A DNA stretch of 63,919 nucleotides, filler included, from Intoshia linei (GCA_001642005.1; 8 parts of 8 records of this genome joined end to end with filler, not necessarily neighbours in it); one strand, 5' to 3'; counted from the whole stretch's first letter, positions 26,553-40,115 are shown. The notes: generated by a model from the letters alone, not told the origin. Translations and numbers: made by a program.

Positions 26553-27206
26553 ATAAACTCTATCAAGTACCAAACAGTTATAGAGCATAACCTCATACCT
26601 CTCCTTTCTCACAACGAAAATTTAAGAAAAAATTTGATCTATCAACAAAATAATGCGAGTTGTCACAAATCTAGGTCAACAAAATTATTTTTAAATGATC
26701 ATTTTTTTAATATTATGGACTGGCATGCTGTGTCTCCAGATCTCAACCCTATAGAAAATATTTGGGTATAATGGTTCGATGTCTCTATGGTGGAAATAAA
26801 CAATATAACAATATTAATGAACTAACAAAAGCCGTAATGGATTCATGGAAGGACATTTTGGATGAAACGTTTTTGAAACTATCAGATTCTGTAAAAAATC
26901 GTATAATCGAAGTATTAAAGGTTGGAGGAAAATCACTTAATTATTGAAAGAAATATTCATGTAGCATATATAGTCATTATAATTAATAAACAGTTGTGTT
27001 GTTATAATTTATAGACACTCGTGTTTTTGTATTTTTAACAATTTTATTAAAAAACTTTGGTTAATTGTGTTTTTTTCAATTATTTTTTTTAATATGACAA
27101 CCTTACATTGTGCATGTCCAACATGCCAATTTTCATAAATTTTGATCTACAAATATAATTGTTATTAACAAAATGATAATGTTGTTATAATTATTGGACG
27201 GAGTGT
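26553..27206 (+). mobile_element. Tc1-like element, 3' half
   Basis: YQQNNASCH...DWHAVSPDLNPIENIW...ELTKAVMDSW...GGKSLNY*; ends ttattggacggagtg|ta. Related 3' sequence at about 1990-2130. Confidence 0.8.
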
Positions 27207-27459
27207 ACAAAAATTATAGTATAATAAAATGTTCTATGCGATTTCCAACGGTTATTATTAATTATTTTTAATTTTTAGATAATTAACAATCGATTAAGCA
27301 ATGTATTGAGGTCCCATTTTTTAAAAAAATTTTATATGGCCTACAATTTCCATCTGAATCGATTTTATTGTTGACTCTCCACGACCCTGAGTTAGACACT
27401 GAATTATCTTACTCGTTGCAGGGATCTACATTACCGACAGGTTGAGTCTATTTAAAATT

Positions 27460-30400
27460 TTAAAATAAAAACCTTTTTTCCAAATTATTGATAAAGGCAT
27501 AATGATCACAAATCATTTGATCGATACCAAATTGTTTATTGAGAAAAAGATTGGAAACGTCTTTAAAGGATTGATAAATGATAATATTGAAATGAAATAT
27601 AATTGATTTAACAGTAGAAAGCATGTGAAAATTTGAAATACTAATCATTTTAATCGAATTCACATTAGGTAAACTGGTCATCTTAAATGACCCGATATAT
27701 TTCCAAGTTTTTTTCAAATCATAATAAATTTTTTTCAAAAATAACATTTTTTTAAATATATTTATATAAATTGCAATGCAATCATTATTAAAAATAATAT
27801 TCAATGGCCAATCAATTTTAAAATCAATTTTGAGATAATTGCATAAATTTAACCAAACATAATTGAATTTTACGTTATTATTTTCGATGGAATGTTCATC
27901 TTCATTCCGAGAAAAATTTGTTATTAATTTTAAAACAAAAGAGACATTATCGGGGAAATGATCATCTGTGGACGAATCGTACACTAAAAATGTTTGCATC
28001 TCGTCACTGATATGTGAATACTTCTTAAAATAATTGTATCCCTAAAGTTGAATAAATAAATATAACAAATAAATATACAATTTCCATTCTATCACAAATA
28101 GACTTGTCGAAAAATGCATCAGTCAGCAAAACGTACCGTTTAAAAGTTTTCAACAGTGTTAAAAGTTCCAATTCGTGTATAAAATGACAATAAATGCAGT
28201 AATTTATCAAAAAAATTCTAAAATCATGTATGATAAAAAAGTATAAATATTACTGATTTTCAATAATTTCTTTCAAGTAAATGTTTATGATTTCTTCAAC
28301 TGATTTTAAATGAAATGAATCATTATCCAAATTAAAATTTTTATTTAAATGTTCCAGTTTTTTAAAAATATTAACATCTACTAAACATGTAAAAAACAAA
28401 GATGTAATAATTATAAATTTAAAATTGCGCCAAATAGTCAGGTAATCATGATAATTACCAAAATAATTGTACAAAAAATGGCGCAATTTGTAAATTTTTA
28501 ATCTACAGGCAAAATTACCATTAATATCAGATATTTCATTATCGCTAATTTTTTTTTCGTCCATATCTTCCTTTACTAGACTAGATTGCTCAACTTCTTG
28601 CATAGCAGTTGAAATAGAAACTTTCAAATCATTATCATTTTCTATTGTATAATCCAGTTGATTAATTGATTTATCTTGTTGTTTAAAGGTAAATTTTGAA
28701 TTTTCAACAATTCCATTTTTACTTGGATTTGAATTAAATGTAACATTAAGATCTAAAACTTGGTTAGATTCAATATTGACATTTCCATCATATTTTTTAT
28801 TATCTATTGCAATTTTCATATCACTGTTCAAATTTAATTCTTTTTTAATTTTAATAGTTTTATCTTTAAAAAAATTTTCTTTAGATTCAATTTCATTAAA
28901 TAACTTATTGTACATGTCAATAATTGATTTTTTTTCAATTTCAATATATTTTCGAGTTAATTTAGATTCCAACAAAAAAAATTCATTTGTATACAAAGTT
29001 GAGTCATTTTTTTCAATTTTTAACAAATTTTCATAATCTTTCCTTTTAGTCAAAATTTCAAGTTTTCGTTCATTTAAAAGTATCAACTTTTCACGTCGTT
29101 CCTTTTTTAAGTTGACAACCCGTTCAATTTCATTCTCAACTCTTTCCATTTCATGTTTTTTCCAATTTTCATTCCATAACATTTTCTCTTTTTGTAAATT
29201 TTCAACCTTTATTTGACTTTTTCGAATAAATGCACATCGGACAGTTTTGATTGTTGAGATGAAATAATTTCTAAATTTCTCAATATCTTTAAAATTGAAA
29301 TTGCAAGCATTGCGTGGAAATAATCTTTTCAAGTCAAATTTATCACTAAAAGTCACATTTTCAAATCCCATAAATTTCAAAAGAAGCACACATTTACCAC
29401 AAGAATAAATTTTTTTTATAAAATGCTTATCAAAGAATGAAATTTTATTTAATAATTCCAATGGGTAAGTAATGTTCCACATATTTTCTTTATTCACAGA
29501 TTGGATGTTACATTTACCATAAAAAATCCATGGACTCAACACGTCAATACAAGGTGAAATTGTGGCAATAAATATATTCAAAACTATACTATAATATTTA
29601 GAAAATTCCACCTTGTTTAATACATTGTAAAGTAATAATACAATTTCATCATCCGGCAGTTTTTTAATTTTTTGTACGAGATTGACCATAAAGTTTAATT
29701 CCTCGGAATTTTTGTAGAGTTTAAATTGAAATTTCATTAAATTTAATTTACTTAAATTGATGAATTTTTCATTTTTTGAATCGACAAACTCGGAAATTTT
29801 GTCATTTGTGTAAGTTTTTAAAAAAATACTTACGTTTGATTTAAACAAGTGTTGATTTGTTTCATTTTTTAACATTTCATTTTCTTTTACAAAATTTGAT
29901 AAAATTTTGTATTTTTTGCAATCACTTAAAAAATCCTGACAAAATTTTTTTGAAAAAGATTTTGAACATCCATTAAAATTTAATTCGTTGTTAATTTTCC
30001 AATCGTTTTGTTTCTAAATTTACATTTTAAATTGCAGAAAATCAACCAATGCTGTTTAAAAAAGGATCAATTGACAATAAAAATGTGTGCCAATCCAATG
30101 GTCCAATGGTCGCCCAACTTTTTTTAGCCCACGTTATGAAGTAAAAAATTTTCTAATAAAAATTATGTAATAAGTTTAAAGATAAATAAGCACATCGCGT
30201 CATCCACCTTGTCGAACACTGTGTTCATCAATTTTATAGGTCTAATCTTCATATTTTTCGATAAATTTACAACCATAACGGGGCCGGATATTTGTAATAT
30301 AAAACAAAATTTCAAAGCAATTCTCCAATACTGCCTTTTAAATTGAATCACTTAAAATAAAAAATTACTTGGATTGAAAATGGTGTCATTGGGTTTCCAA

Positions 30401-31285
30401 AATATGAATAAATCATGGCTCTAAAAATAGAATCATCATCAAGTACTGGAGAGTTAATTTTCGAATAATTTTGTTCATTTTGATCAAAAAATTTAATCAA
30501 TAATTGTCTTTTACGAACATCCAATTCACAAAAAAAAATAAAATGCCTTGAAATAGAGTTTTTTTGTTTAATGTGTAATTTTAACTTTTTAGGTTCAATG
30601 TACAATTTTTCAAGAAAATGAAACAAATTTTTTTTAATATTAAAGGTTGGTTTTTCTTTTAATTTAAAATGTAAATAATTTCGCCTAGATTCTTTTTTAG
30701 TTTCACATTTAATATCGGTAAAATAACCAGTTTCCAATGTCAAGTATGGTTTACGGTTTGTTGGTTTACCTAATCTTTTTTTCCAGTTTGAAAGTATTTT
30801 ATTATCCATGAATTTAGGTCGACATAATAACAATAATAATATTAAAATTGAATCCGAATCTAATAATTAAAAATAAAATACAAATAAAGCTAAGTAATAG
30901 ATATTTTTGGTTGTGGACCCATTTGCAAAACAAAAATGACATAGCTGTAAAAAATAAAAATATCATTTTTCTGGGAGGCCCATTTTCCAGACCGGGTCTA
31001 TGGATAATTTTGCATTACCATATCAAACTTAAAAATTAAATTACCTTGATTTTTACAATCACAATATTTGTCCATTACATTTATTAAATCGTTATACATC
31101 TCGTTTACACAAGTATTCTTTACATAAAATAAAATTTGAAATTTTAAAAAATTAACATCAATTTCATCTCGACACCTTGATTGAGCCAATGCGTCAAAGT
31201 AGACGTTTAAAACATTTTTGATACCAATTTTGGAATATAATTCATCATCAAGAATTGATAAATATATGAGAAAATTACTTTTCAT
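27460..31285 (-). CDS. TUBGCP6: gamma-tubulin complex component 6
   Basis: Multi-exon. WKKRLGKPTNRKPYLTLETG resembles GCP6 WERVG...EPYLTEAG; GRIP1 region (PWIFYG, KKIYSCGKCVLLLK); central coiled coil; GRIP2 region LKIDFKIDWPLNIIFNNDCIAIYINIF. The extreme C-terminus is unclear. Confidence 0.8.
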
Positions 31286-31307
31286 TCAATTTTAAAAATT
31301 TTAAAGT

Positions 31308-32107
31308 TTATTTTTTTACAGTTTTATTATTATGTTTATATGAAAGGTGAGATTTCAATGATTTTATAGAACACAAAATCGAATTGCATAAATGACACTT
31401 TTCCAGTGATCTGTCTTTATCGTGTATTGTAATATGTAATTTCAAATTGTGACAATTTTTAAATGTTTTTTCACAGATTGGACATTCTAAAAAATTAAGA
31501 TTTTATGTTTCAATAGTAACTAAAAATATTTATTAAATTGTTAACTACAACAGGCAGTTGTCAGAGCCATACTTAACTTAAATAATACAAAGTCTGGTTC
31601 CATCCGGTATGTACAAAATTTTTTGAAATTCTATGTTGTTTGTAAAATCATCTATTAAATCAATAATCGATTTATGTTAATGTGAGGTGTATCAACGTAT
31701 GTACCATTTCTGATAGCTTTGAAAAAATCCTTCCTTTAAAATTTTAATATTGAAATGTGTATAAAAAAATGAAAAAATAATAATTTTTGAAATTTTTCTA
31801 TGAATATTCGCAACATCAATGAAAACGTAGTATGTTTCAGATTAGTTTGCATTTTTTACGTAAAAAAGTTTGGAAAACACTTAACTAAGGCTTGAATTTT
31901 TAAATAAATGTACTAGGTTGGTGTTGTTCAGCTTTGTGTTTTCTTACAAGTGTCCAATGGTCAAAAACGTCTTGACAATTTTCAACATTACATTTGTATT
32001 CTAAATAGGATTTAAATATAAAGTTAATGGTATCATTACTTTTATGTCCTTTGGAGTGCAGTTTTAATAATTTCCTTGTTCTAAATTTTGAATCGCATTC
32101 AGTACAT
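31308..32107 (-). CDS. GTF3A: TFIIIA-like C2H2 zinc-finger protein (fingers 5-8 visible)
   Basis: CTECDSKFRTRKLLKLHSKGHKKYKCNVENCQDVFDHWTLVRKHKAEQHQPKCPICEKTFKNCHNLKLHITIHDKDRSLEKCHLCNSILCSIKSLKSHLSYKH...*. The short finger 5-6 linker and WTL..KH.AE.HQ match TFIIIA finger 6. Confidence 0.7.
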
Positions 32108-32258
32108 CTAAAATAACGTAAAAATATAAATATCAATAGAACCCATGCGTTTATGATAGGTATGAGCAATCTGTAAGCTTTTAATTCAAACCAAGTACGC
32201 TTAACATTTCTTACATTGAAAGAAAAATATACGTCACATTTGTTCAGAAACTATAAGT

Positions 32259-33056
32259 CAGGGATGGGCAACATAAGGCCCGCAAGGTGTTTAGATCCGG
32301 CCCGAAATAATTTTTATTATAAAAATTATTTTTTAATTATAAATTCTAAATTGTACATTATAATTAAAATTAACATTAAGAGATTAAAAAATTTACATAA
32401 TAACATATTTTGTCGTCCTTAAATGAGCAAGACAATAAAAAAGAGAAAAGGACTCTGAATGCAGAATTTTCCAAAAATTATGGGAATTAGAATATTATTT
32501 TATGGAACATTACAACAAACCTGTTTTTGAAATCTACCAAGAAAATGTTGCTGTTAATAATTTGAAAAACATCAAGCTTCATTATAAAAGCAAACATAAA
32601 TCGACATTTCAAAAAATTCATGCAAATTTGAGATTAGACGAATTCAATAAATTAAAAAATGGTTTAAAAAACAGGCTATTTTGTTCACGAATAGGGTTGC
32701 CAACTGCATTATTTTCCCACTGAGACTTCTGGTTTTCAAATTCAACTCAGGGCTCAGGGTAATTAAATTATTTCAATCAAAATCATCAGATCAGACATAT
32801 TTTATTTATATTGGGTAATTAAGCAATTTTATTTAATGTATAAGATGTGTAAACTGTTATTATTTTTTGAAAAAGAGATTCCAAAGTAAAAGAGGGTCCC
32901 CAAATAATAGTTTAAATAACAAAATAACACGCTTCGCTGCGCTTCAGCAGCATATTTTTGGGCTTCGCTAAAAAATTCAAGTTGAGAATAACTTAATGTT
33001 AATAACCCTATTCACGAATAGGATAGGATGATGCCAGTTATGTTATTTCAAAATTA
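32259..33056 (+). mobile_element. hAT (SPIN/GTF2IRD2-like) 5' end
   Basis: CAGGGATGGGCAAC terminus with ggcccg repeats; KKRK...WELEYYF...KPV...NIKLHYKSKH remnant. Confidence 0.75.
32692..33010. mobile_element. hAT (Blackjack-type) MITE nested in the previous element
   Basis: TTCACGAA|TAGGGTTGCCA...TAACCCTA|TTCACGAA, a perfect 8-bp TSD. Confidence 0.85.
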
Positions 33057-33289
33057 NNNNNNNNNNNNNNNNNNNNNNNNNNNNNNNNNNNNNNNNNNNN
33101 TTAATTAATTAANNNNNNNNNNNNNNNNNNNNNNNNNNNNNNNNNNNNNNNNNNNNGCAAGAAAGCTAAATCTGATAAATTCAAAAAAAATATCGAATAT
33201 ATTCGAAAACGAACAAGTTAATACAGAAAACAATGAAAATTTAACTTTAATAAACTGTTTAAACACATATTTATAAATTTACACATATC

Positions 33290-33880
33290 ACATATTTAAA
33301 CCACTTTTACCAAGGTAATATTCTCTGATGAATCAATGGTTACTATCATAGATAATCGACATTTAAATGTATGGAGAATATCGACAAAAGCGTTGTGAAG
33401 AGATTGTATATCAAATACAGTAAAATTTCTTTTCAAAAAGTATGGTGTGGGCAGCTATTTCTGTTTCAGGACCCGGTCCCATTTTTGTAATTAATGGTGC
33501 CATGGACCAATACAAATATGTGGAATCCACATTGTGGATGAATATTAATACAGTCTTTAATAACATCCACAATGGCAAAACAATGTTAATCATATTTTTC
33601 AACAAGATCTGGCTCCGTCACATTGCACGGTCTGTAAAGAAATTCTTCAAAACCGTCAACATAAAGCGTCTTCCTTGGCATGGTAACGCTGCAGATATGA
33701 GCCCAAAATATTTTATAAAACATGGAATATATTAAAATTAAGTATGTAAAAAAAATTGGTTCCAAAATGGAACTAATTAACCGTATTAACCTTGTATGGA
33801 AGAATCATCCAAAAATTAAAGAATTGATCAAACATTAATTAAGAGTATGCCTAGACGAATTTAAAAATGCATTAATTCAC
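33290..33880 (+). pseudogene. Tc1-like transposase remnant
   Basis: KVIFSDES...MVWAAISVSGPG...FQQDLAPSH...LPWHGNAADMSP...SMPRRI. Confidence 0.8.
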
Positions 33881-34327
33881 CTTAAAATTTCCTTTCGCTG
33901 ATGTAATGGTTAAACTATTACAAACTGTACTTTAAAAAATAAAATTACCTTTATGTAATTCTTACTTATATAATATGCTATGCTATTTGCATCAATTGTC
34001 CCTCTTTTTGACAATCAAACGAGTTGGAGAATTTAAAAAAATTTTATCTTCAGGGCCAAAACCCTAAATGACACTTTTTTTTTATTTAAAACAGCTCTAC
34101 AGTTACATACAGTACAATATACTGTTATTATAATTATAACAGTGGTATGCACAATATTTGTATTACACATATCCCATGCACATTAACCGTTAAAACTGTT
34201 ATAATTTAAACTAATCCATGCGAATTTGTGGTGAGTGCCAAAAATATTCATTTGACACACCATAGGACATTTGATAAACAATTTCTGAAACCTTTAAAAT
34301 TTTTCTTGGATTTATTATAAACTTACA

Positions 34328-35761
34328 TCCTTACTTATATGCTTTGTTTGTATGCGTGTATGTGTTATCGTTTATTTCAATAATTACCAGTCTTAGAATT
34401 TTATAAAGTCTAGATTTCTATTACAGTTTTTTCCAGGTGTTAGTAAGATAAATATCAACCTCCCAATCTCACATCTTACTGGTAAAAAGCCCAATTGTCA
34501 ATTTTTTTGAAAATCAAACGAGTTTGAGAATTTAAAAAAATATACACTCTGATACGGATTTTAAAATCATAACTATTACCACAAATTTAAATTAAAAAAA
34601 ATATATTTTCAGGGCCAAAACCACAAATTACACTTTTTTTTTTAATGAAAACAACCTCATAATATAAAAAATTATACAGGTTTTACAGTTGTATCCTGTT
34701 AACATACACAAAAAATTTCAATCTGAATAAGTGACATCTTCACAGTCAAAAAAGCATTTTAGTATTCATATATTTTTTTTTCGATGTGCATTTTCGAATG
34801 TTTTATGAAAACAAAAAATGTGAAATAATTAACAGTCCGAAAATTTAAAAAAAACATTATTCTGATAGAACTTATTCCAGTTAATATAAATACAAAATTT
34901 CAACACTAGAAATTTACGCATTCTTGGTGAAAAATAATTTTGAATATATTATCAATCAATATTTTTTAAATATTTCGATTAAAATAAAATTTGAAAATGT
35001 AAATATTGATCCTGCAATTTTAACAAAAAATGTGCATTGAACGTCTACAGATTTCCAATAAAGAAATATGAGTCAAAATCTATATAAATTATTCCTTCGA
35101 AATTTTTTTCATTGCTATGCAATTTTTAAATTTCAAATTCTCATTTTCAAAACATTTTGTTTCAATTATAAATTAAAACTACAATGATTACTAAAAGTAA
35201 TAAAACTTTTTTATTGTTATTTTTATATTTATTCCAATAATTTGCAATATTGGTAAAGTTCACCTGAAATATGTTTATAAAGTGAAGATTCCGTTAATTA
35301 TTGATACGTAATTGATATGTTTAAGTACATTAAGTGTATTTATTAAATTGGTACTGAATATATATCATCACATTGAAAATGACAAAATAGGTTTTTATAA
35401 TTTTATTTTTTCTGGAATTTATGCTATTTATCACAATTTTTAGGATTGGACTGTTTTTACTTTATTTTTATTATTATACACTCATTCTGTCTTATAAATT
35501 AAAAAAATGGCATACAATTATTTTAAAAATTATTTACGCAAATGTTAACAATACAAAATTAAGATGGAATAATTCACTTCAAAGTAAAAAATAATGTGAT
35601 ATGACCGTTCCACCTGAAACAAGTTTGGGAACCACTCCTTGAAAGGATTGATAGTAGTGAATAGTTGGATTTTTAAGTTAAATTTTCAACGTGAATTTAT
35701 TTTTTTGGTAGAATAAAAATGTGCCCTCGGCAGAGCTAGGTGCTGTTTTTACGTAGTACAT
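34328..35761 (+). mobile_element. near full-length (~1.45 kb) non-autonomous Helitron
   Basis: A|TCCTTACTTATAT start, TG-rich tract, family body, then TGCC-ctc-GGCA hairpin and CTAG at 35736-35739. Confidence 0.8.
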
Positions 35762-36134
35762 GTATATAACGTTATTATAAAATTGAACGTGAATATAACC
35801 ATCCATATGACGTTTTATAACGTTTACATTGTGTAGTTAATGAAATGTAGTATAAGGGTAGCCCAAAAATTTTCAAAAAATGTAGATAACTAGAAAGCTA
35901 CGATTGAAAATAGCTATTTACACTTGTTGTGGAAAATTTTTGGCTTCATGTAACGAGTTGATGAAAGTAATACATGAGCCATATACACATATAGGGTGAG
36001 TGTATGTATAATAGATATATAATGATAATTATCACTTTTTTAAATTTCGTCCAGTAATATTATTTTATTAGGCCGCGAGAAATTGTCAATATAACAAATA
36101 AAAGTGTACAAAATGACATTAAAATGTATTCGAG

Positions 36135-38379
36135 CTAATAAATTGTTAATGGCTTGATAGTCTTGTAATTGGAAGAATTGACAGTTCTAAATATTGATTA
36201 GGTAAATTAATATTAATTGAATAACCTATTAATATATTTGTTAATAATAGATGTTGTATTTTTAGATTTATCTTTAGATGAATACATAAACACTTTTTGG
36301 AGTCTATCGGATTTGTTTGATAATTTAAGTTTATACGTATCAATGTATTTATCGTTAGAATGAGACGGATAAATGTTGAATGTACCTGCCTTGCATCCAC
36401 CAGACTAAAATAATATTAATATTTAAATGATGGGCATCTGTTTAAAATTTAATTTAAATTTAGAAAATTCGAAAGTATGGAACCAATGAATATTCTTAGA
36501 TTAGATCAACATTTAGGAAAATGGGGCGATAAAGATAACATAACATAGCATCATTTAATAGTTTATTAAATGTGTACATTTTTTATATTTCGGTCATTAT
36601 ATGTATATCATGTACATGTACATATGTATATATATGTATGTATATGTATGTATATGTATGTATATGTATATATGTGTATATGGGTTTGGTACGGTTTTCT
36701 ACCCGTTACATGTTAGAGTATAAAAGGTTTCTCATTGTTCTGTGTTCGCGAATCACGATCTCATAATTGTTTTATCATGTACTAAAATCATATTTTTACC
36801 CGCCCAACATACTCCAGAATGTGGTATACTTAAAAAAATGTTATATATAATCTAACAACCCTTTTTTTCAGAAACTCAGTCAGCATATTGTAATACTGTA
36901 TTTTATAGATTGTATGCAATATATACCGATTTTGATGGATGGCTTGGTCGAAATGGTTTGAAATTTTTTAACGAATAGTTTTTATCTGTTTTTGAAATCA
37001 TTTTTTCTCCTTTATAAACATCGCCATCGAAAAAATCTGTTGGGTGCATATTGAGTTTAAATGGAGGTCCTTTTGTTCGGGATTTTTCAGCTAACACTTC
37101 TTGCTATTATAAATATCGTGAATTAATACAGTTATTACCTATATCTAAGAAATAAAACCTCTAAGACACAAACACAAAATATTAGCATCCCTGCAAAGTA
37201 GATCAAAATTATCAGCACCCTATGAAAAATTGTCATATAATCCTTCAAATGCAAAAATTATTTCACTTTCATCTTTTAAATTTTAAAAAAATTTTTAAGT
37301 ACAATACGAAAAATTAAGCGTAATTAATTACAAGAGAAAAATATGCTTCTTTTAAAAAAAGTTGACAACCCCTGAATAGATTCTATGCATTAAAAATATT
37401 CTATTACATAAATTATGAGATTAATAAACTAATTACTTTATAGAGATTATTGGCACGATCATATGGGTCTGGTTGGTGATCATAATATTTATTTAAAGCT
37501 ACATTAACGTAACTGAAAATTTTATAAATTAAATATACAATAATAGTATAATGATTACCCATATCCAGTTCCTTTTTTTGGTGGCTGAGTGATAATGTTT
37601 TTCAATTCTGGTCCATTTTTTCTTTTTATTGTCATTGCGTTTGAAAAATTTTTGAATGGACCTCCAAATGTTCCATAATAACACCCGACTCCACTCCTAT
37701 TTATTAAGTTTATTAAAATTTTATAATATGGTAAATATCAAATATAAGTTAAAACAGATTAATCAAAAACTATATGGGCAATTTGAAAAACACGGAGTAA
37801 TATAATCTAACATGATATTATACATTGGTAATAAATTTAATAAAAATTTGATTGTTAATCAGAGCCAATATGTCCAATATGGTGTCCTGGGTCCATGAAA
37901 AATTTTCATTGAACATATCTATATATATTATGTACCTAAGTTTTTCAAAATTATTCGGTATAAAAGTCTTGCCAACCTGCTTTCTTTTTTCTTTGATGCG
38001 AAATTGTCTTTTCAGTTTAATTTTATCTGTATACGCTTCACCTTCCAAGATTCTATCAAATTTTTTACTGAAATAACCAGATTGCGTGTTTGATATAGGT
38101 TTGCTATTACTAGTCATTAGTTGTTTTCCTTTGCATGCATTGGAGTTAAATTGTACTATGTAATATTTAGTTTTACATAACGTATTCAAATATCTCTCAA
38201 CAAATGATACAAAATTGTTACTTTATATATAATTTAAACACGATTAATAAAAAATAATCAATACAATAAAATTTACAGTTATTGTTGGCTTTGTAAGGAT
38301 CATTTACGGTTATATATGACATTTCCTGAAAATAACCGACTCTCTCCATGTCGCTTTTATTAAAATTTTTATCCGCCAT
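36135..38379 (-). CDS. CFAP96: cilia- and flagella-associated protein 96 (C4orf47/UPF0602)
   Basis: Seven exons: MADKNFNKSDMERVGYFQEMSYITVNDPY; QSGYFSKKFDRILEGEAY; GCYYGTFGGP...KKGTGYG; KGPPFKLNMHPTDFFD; GGCKAGTFNIYPSHSND; NSSNYKT...*. Confidence 0.93.
36598..36681. repeat. (TATG/TA)n compound microsatellite in a CFAP96 intron
   Basis: tatgtatatgtatgtatatgtatgtatatgtata... Confidence 0.9.
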
Positions 38380-38420
38380 ATTTAAATATAATTTTTTAAT
38401 TAAGTTTCATAATGTTTAAA

Positions 38421-38468
38421 GTTTCCTAGATATTCTTAACTTGACAAACAACATTCAATATTGTTTAT
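38421..38468. promoter_or_regulatory. putative X-box plus forkhead motifs upstream of CFAP96
   Basis: GTTTCCTAGATAT (38421), ACAAACA (38444) and TGTTTAT (38462), 40-90 bp upstream of the ATG. Confidence 0.4.
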
Positions 38469-39080
38469 AAGTATAAATCTAATTGAGATCAAATGGTAGC
38501 CATATGCAATGTATTGTAGCATTATTATATTTTATGGCAAAAGTTATGGCTTAATTATATTTCGTAATTGATCTAAACTTTTAATTTTAGCATTAAATTA
38601 CTTTTTCAATTAAAAATTTTTTTGGATATAATGAGTCCGTGGCGTTTAAAGTGTAGGAACGAATGGCCTATATTGTCTGCAATTTAATTTATTATTTTCG
38701 AATTTAGTTTTTGTATAAATAACGTGTTTATCATGTACTTTGTACAATCAGTAGCTAAATCTGCCGAGGGGTTGTTTCCAAACCTATATTTTTAAATTTA
38801 GTAACCAAAAATGCAATTTTCTAGATTGTTCTAGACATTTCATTGTTACAATTTGTGCTTTTAACATACAGGTTTATGTGTATACTGAGATTCCATTAGT
38901 TTTGCGTTTATATTTAAAAAAGGTAATTTGTGTTTACAGAGTGAAATGTATCTCACTTTTCTTTGACCAAAAAATTATACAAATCTAAAAATACTTAACT
39001 TACAACTTATTATTTACTTAACACTTATTTTAACAAATCTGTCGCTCAAATTATCAAAAAAATACGTCTACTTTCTGGAG

Positions 39081-40115
39081 CAGTGTTTCTTAAGTTCAGG
39101 TGCATTTGTGAAATAGAAAAAAATTTGCTGTGCACCTTAAATGTAGATAAGAAAAAAACATTGATATACGAAAATGTGCAGATTAAAAACATCAAATCAT
39201 AATAAAAAAATACTGTTATTTGGTCATCTTAAATATATTAACTACTTTTATAATTACTCCATCCGTTCCGAAATAATGTTTACATATTATCATGACTTTT
39301 TGTTCCAAAATAATGTTTACATTTCCAAACTTTTATATCATTATTCAAAAAATTTATAGATACTATCCTACTATTGAAACTATTTTTAATACTGTATTTA
39401 TTTATTAACAAATTTTGTAAACGAAACATTTTATTTAACATAAAGTCTTCAATTTTACAGGGTATGCTCATTAATATTTGCCGAGCCATAATGATGGCTT
39501 CTAGTTTTCAAGTGATAAATATGGATACAGTACCATTGTTGCTATGCCGATATGAAGCAAATTATACTGATTTCTCCCTTTCGTAAGCATCGTCTCCTCC
39601 ATGCATTGCTGAACTGTTAAAAATACATTATCCAGCTCATCTGGGTGTAGCTCATTAAAAGCATTATTCACGCAGTTAATCAGTTCATCAATGGTCTTCG
39701 GAGAATGTTAATGTTGAACGACTTTGATTAACCCGAGATTCATTAATTTCATGTCGGAGTATTAGGTGGTTGGTTTTTAAACATACTGGAAACCCCATCT
39801 TTCGATCCCTTTTCCAGCATTTCTGCATCATCTTTTTTAAAATGCGGTTTTGCATTGTCTTGTTGAATTCCATTCAATCCATGGAAATTTTTGTTAGTGC
39901 AGACGTAATACATCGTAGTCTATCAAGAGAAATTAATAAAGCTTAAAGTTCACCAAAAACAGTGATAATATAAAATGTTTATCCCAAATGTAAACATTAT
40001 TTCGCAACAGAAAGTATTATTTATTATTAACATTTGATGTTAGATGAAATGCATACAATTGATTGATATTTTGGTGTTCACCATATTACCGCGGCGAAAG
40101 GGTTACAAATCACTG
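39081..40115. mobile_element. hAT MITE with an 8-bp TSD, host of a nested mariner
   Basis: TTCTGGAG|CAGTGTTTCTTAA...TTACAAATCACTG|CTCTGGAG. Confidence 0.8.
39257..40014 (-). mobile_element. DD39D/Stowaway-type mariner, internally deleted
   Basis: TA|CTCCATCCGTTCCGAAATAATGTTTACAT...ATGTAAACATTATTTCGCAACAGAAAG|TA; minus-strand ELINCVNNAFNELHPDELDNVFLTVQQCMEETMLTKGRNQYNLLHIG. Confidence 0.8.

Noticed and set aside
32130-32225. FQCKKC*...HTYH as a zinc finger with recoded stops
   Set aside because: Spacing is non-canonical and splice phase does not fit. All solid genes here use the standard code with TAA, TAG and TGA stops.
36790-36900. Exon-like segments after CFAP96 exon 5
   Set aside because: The homologous continuation (SGGCKAGTF...) lies at about 36405, so this is intronic.
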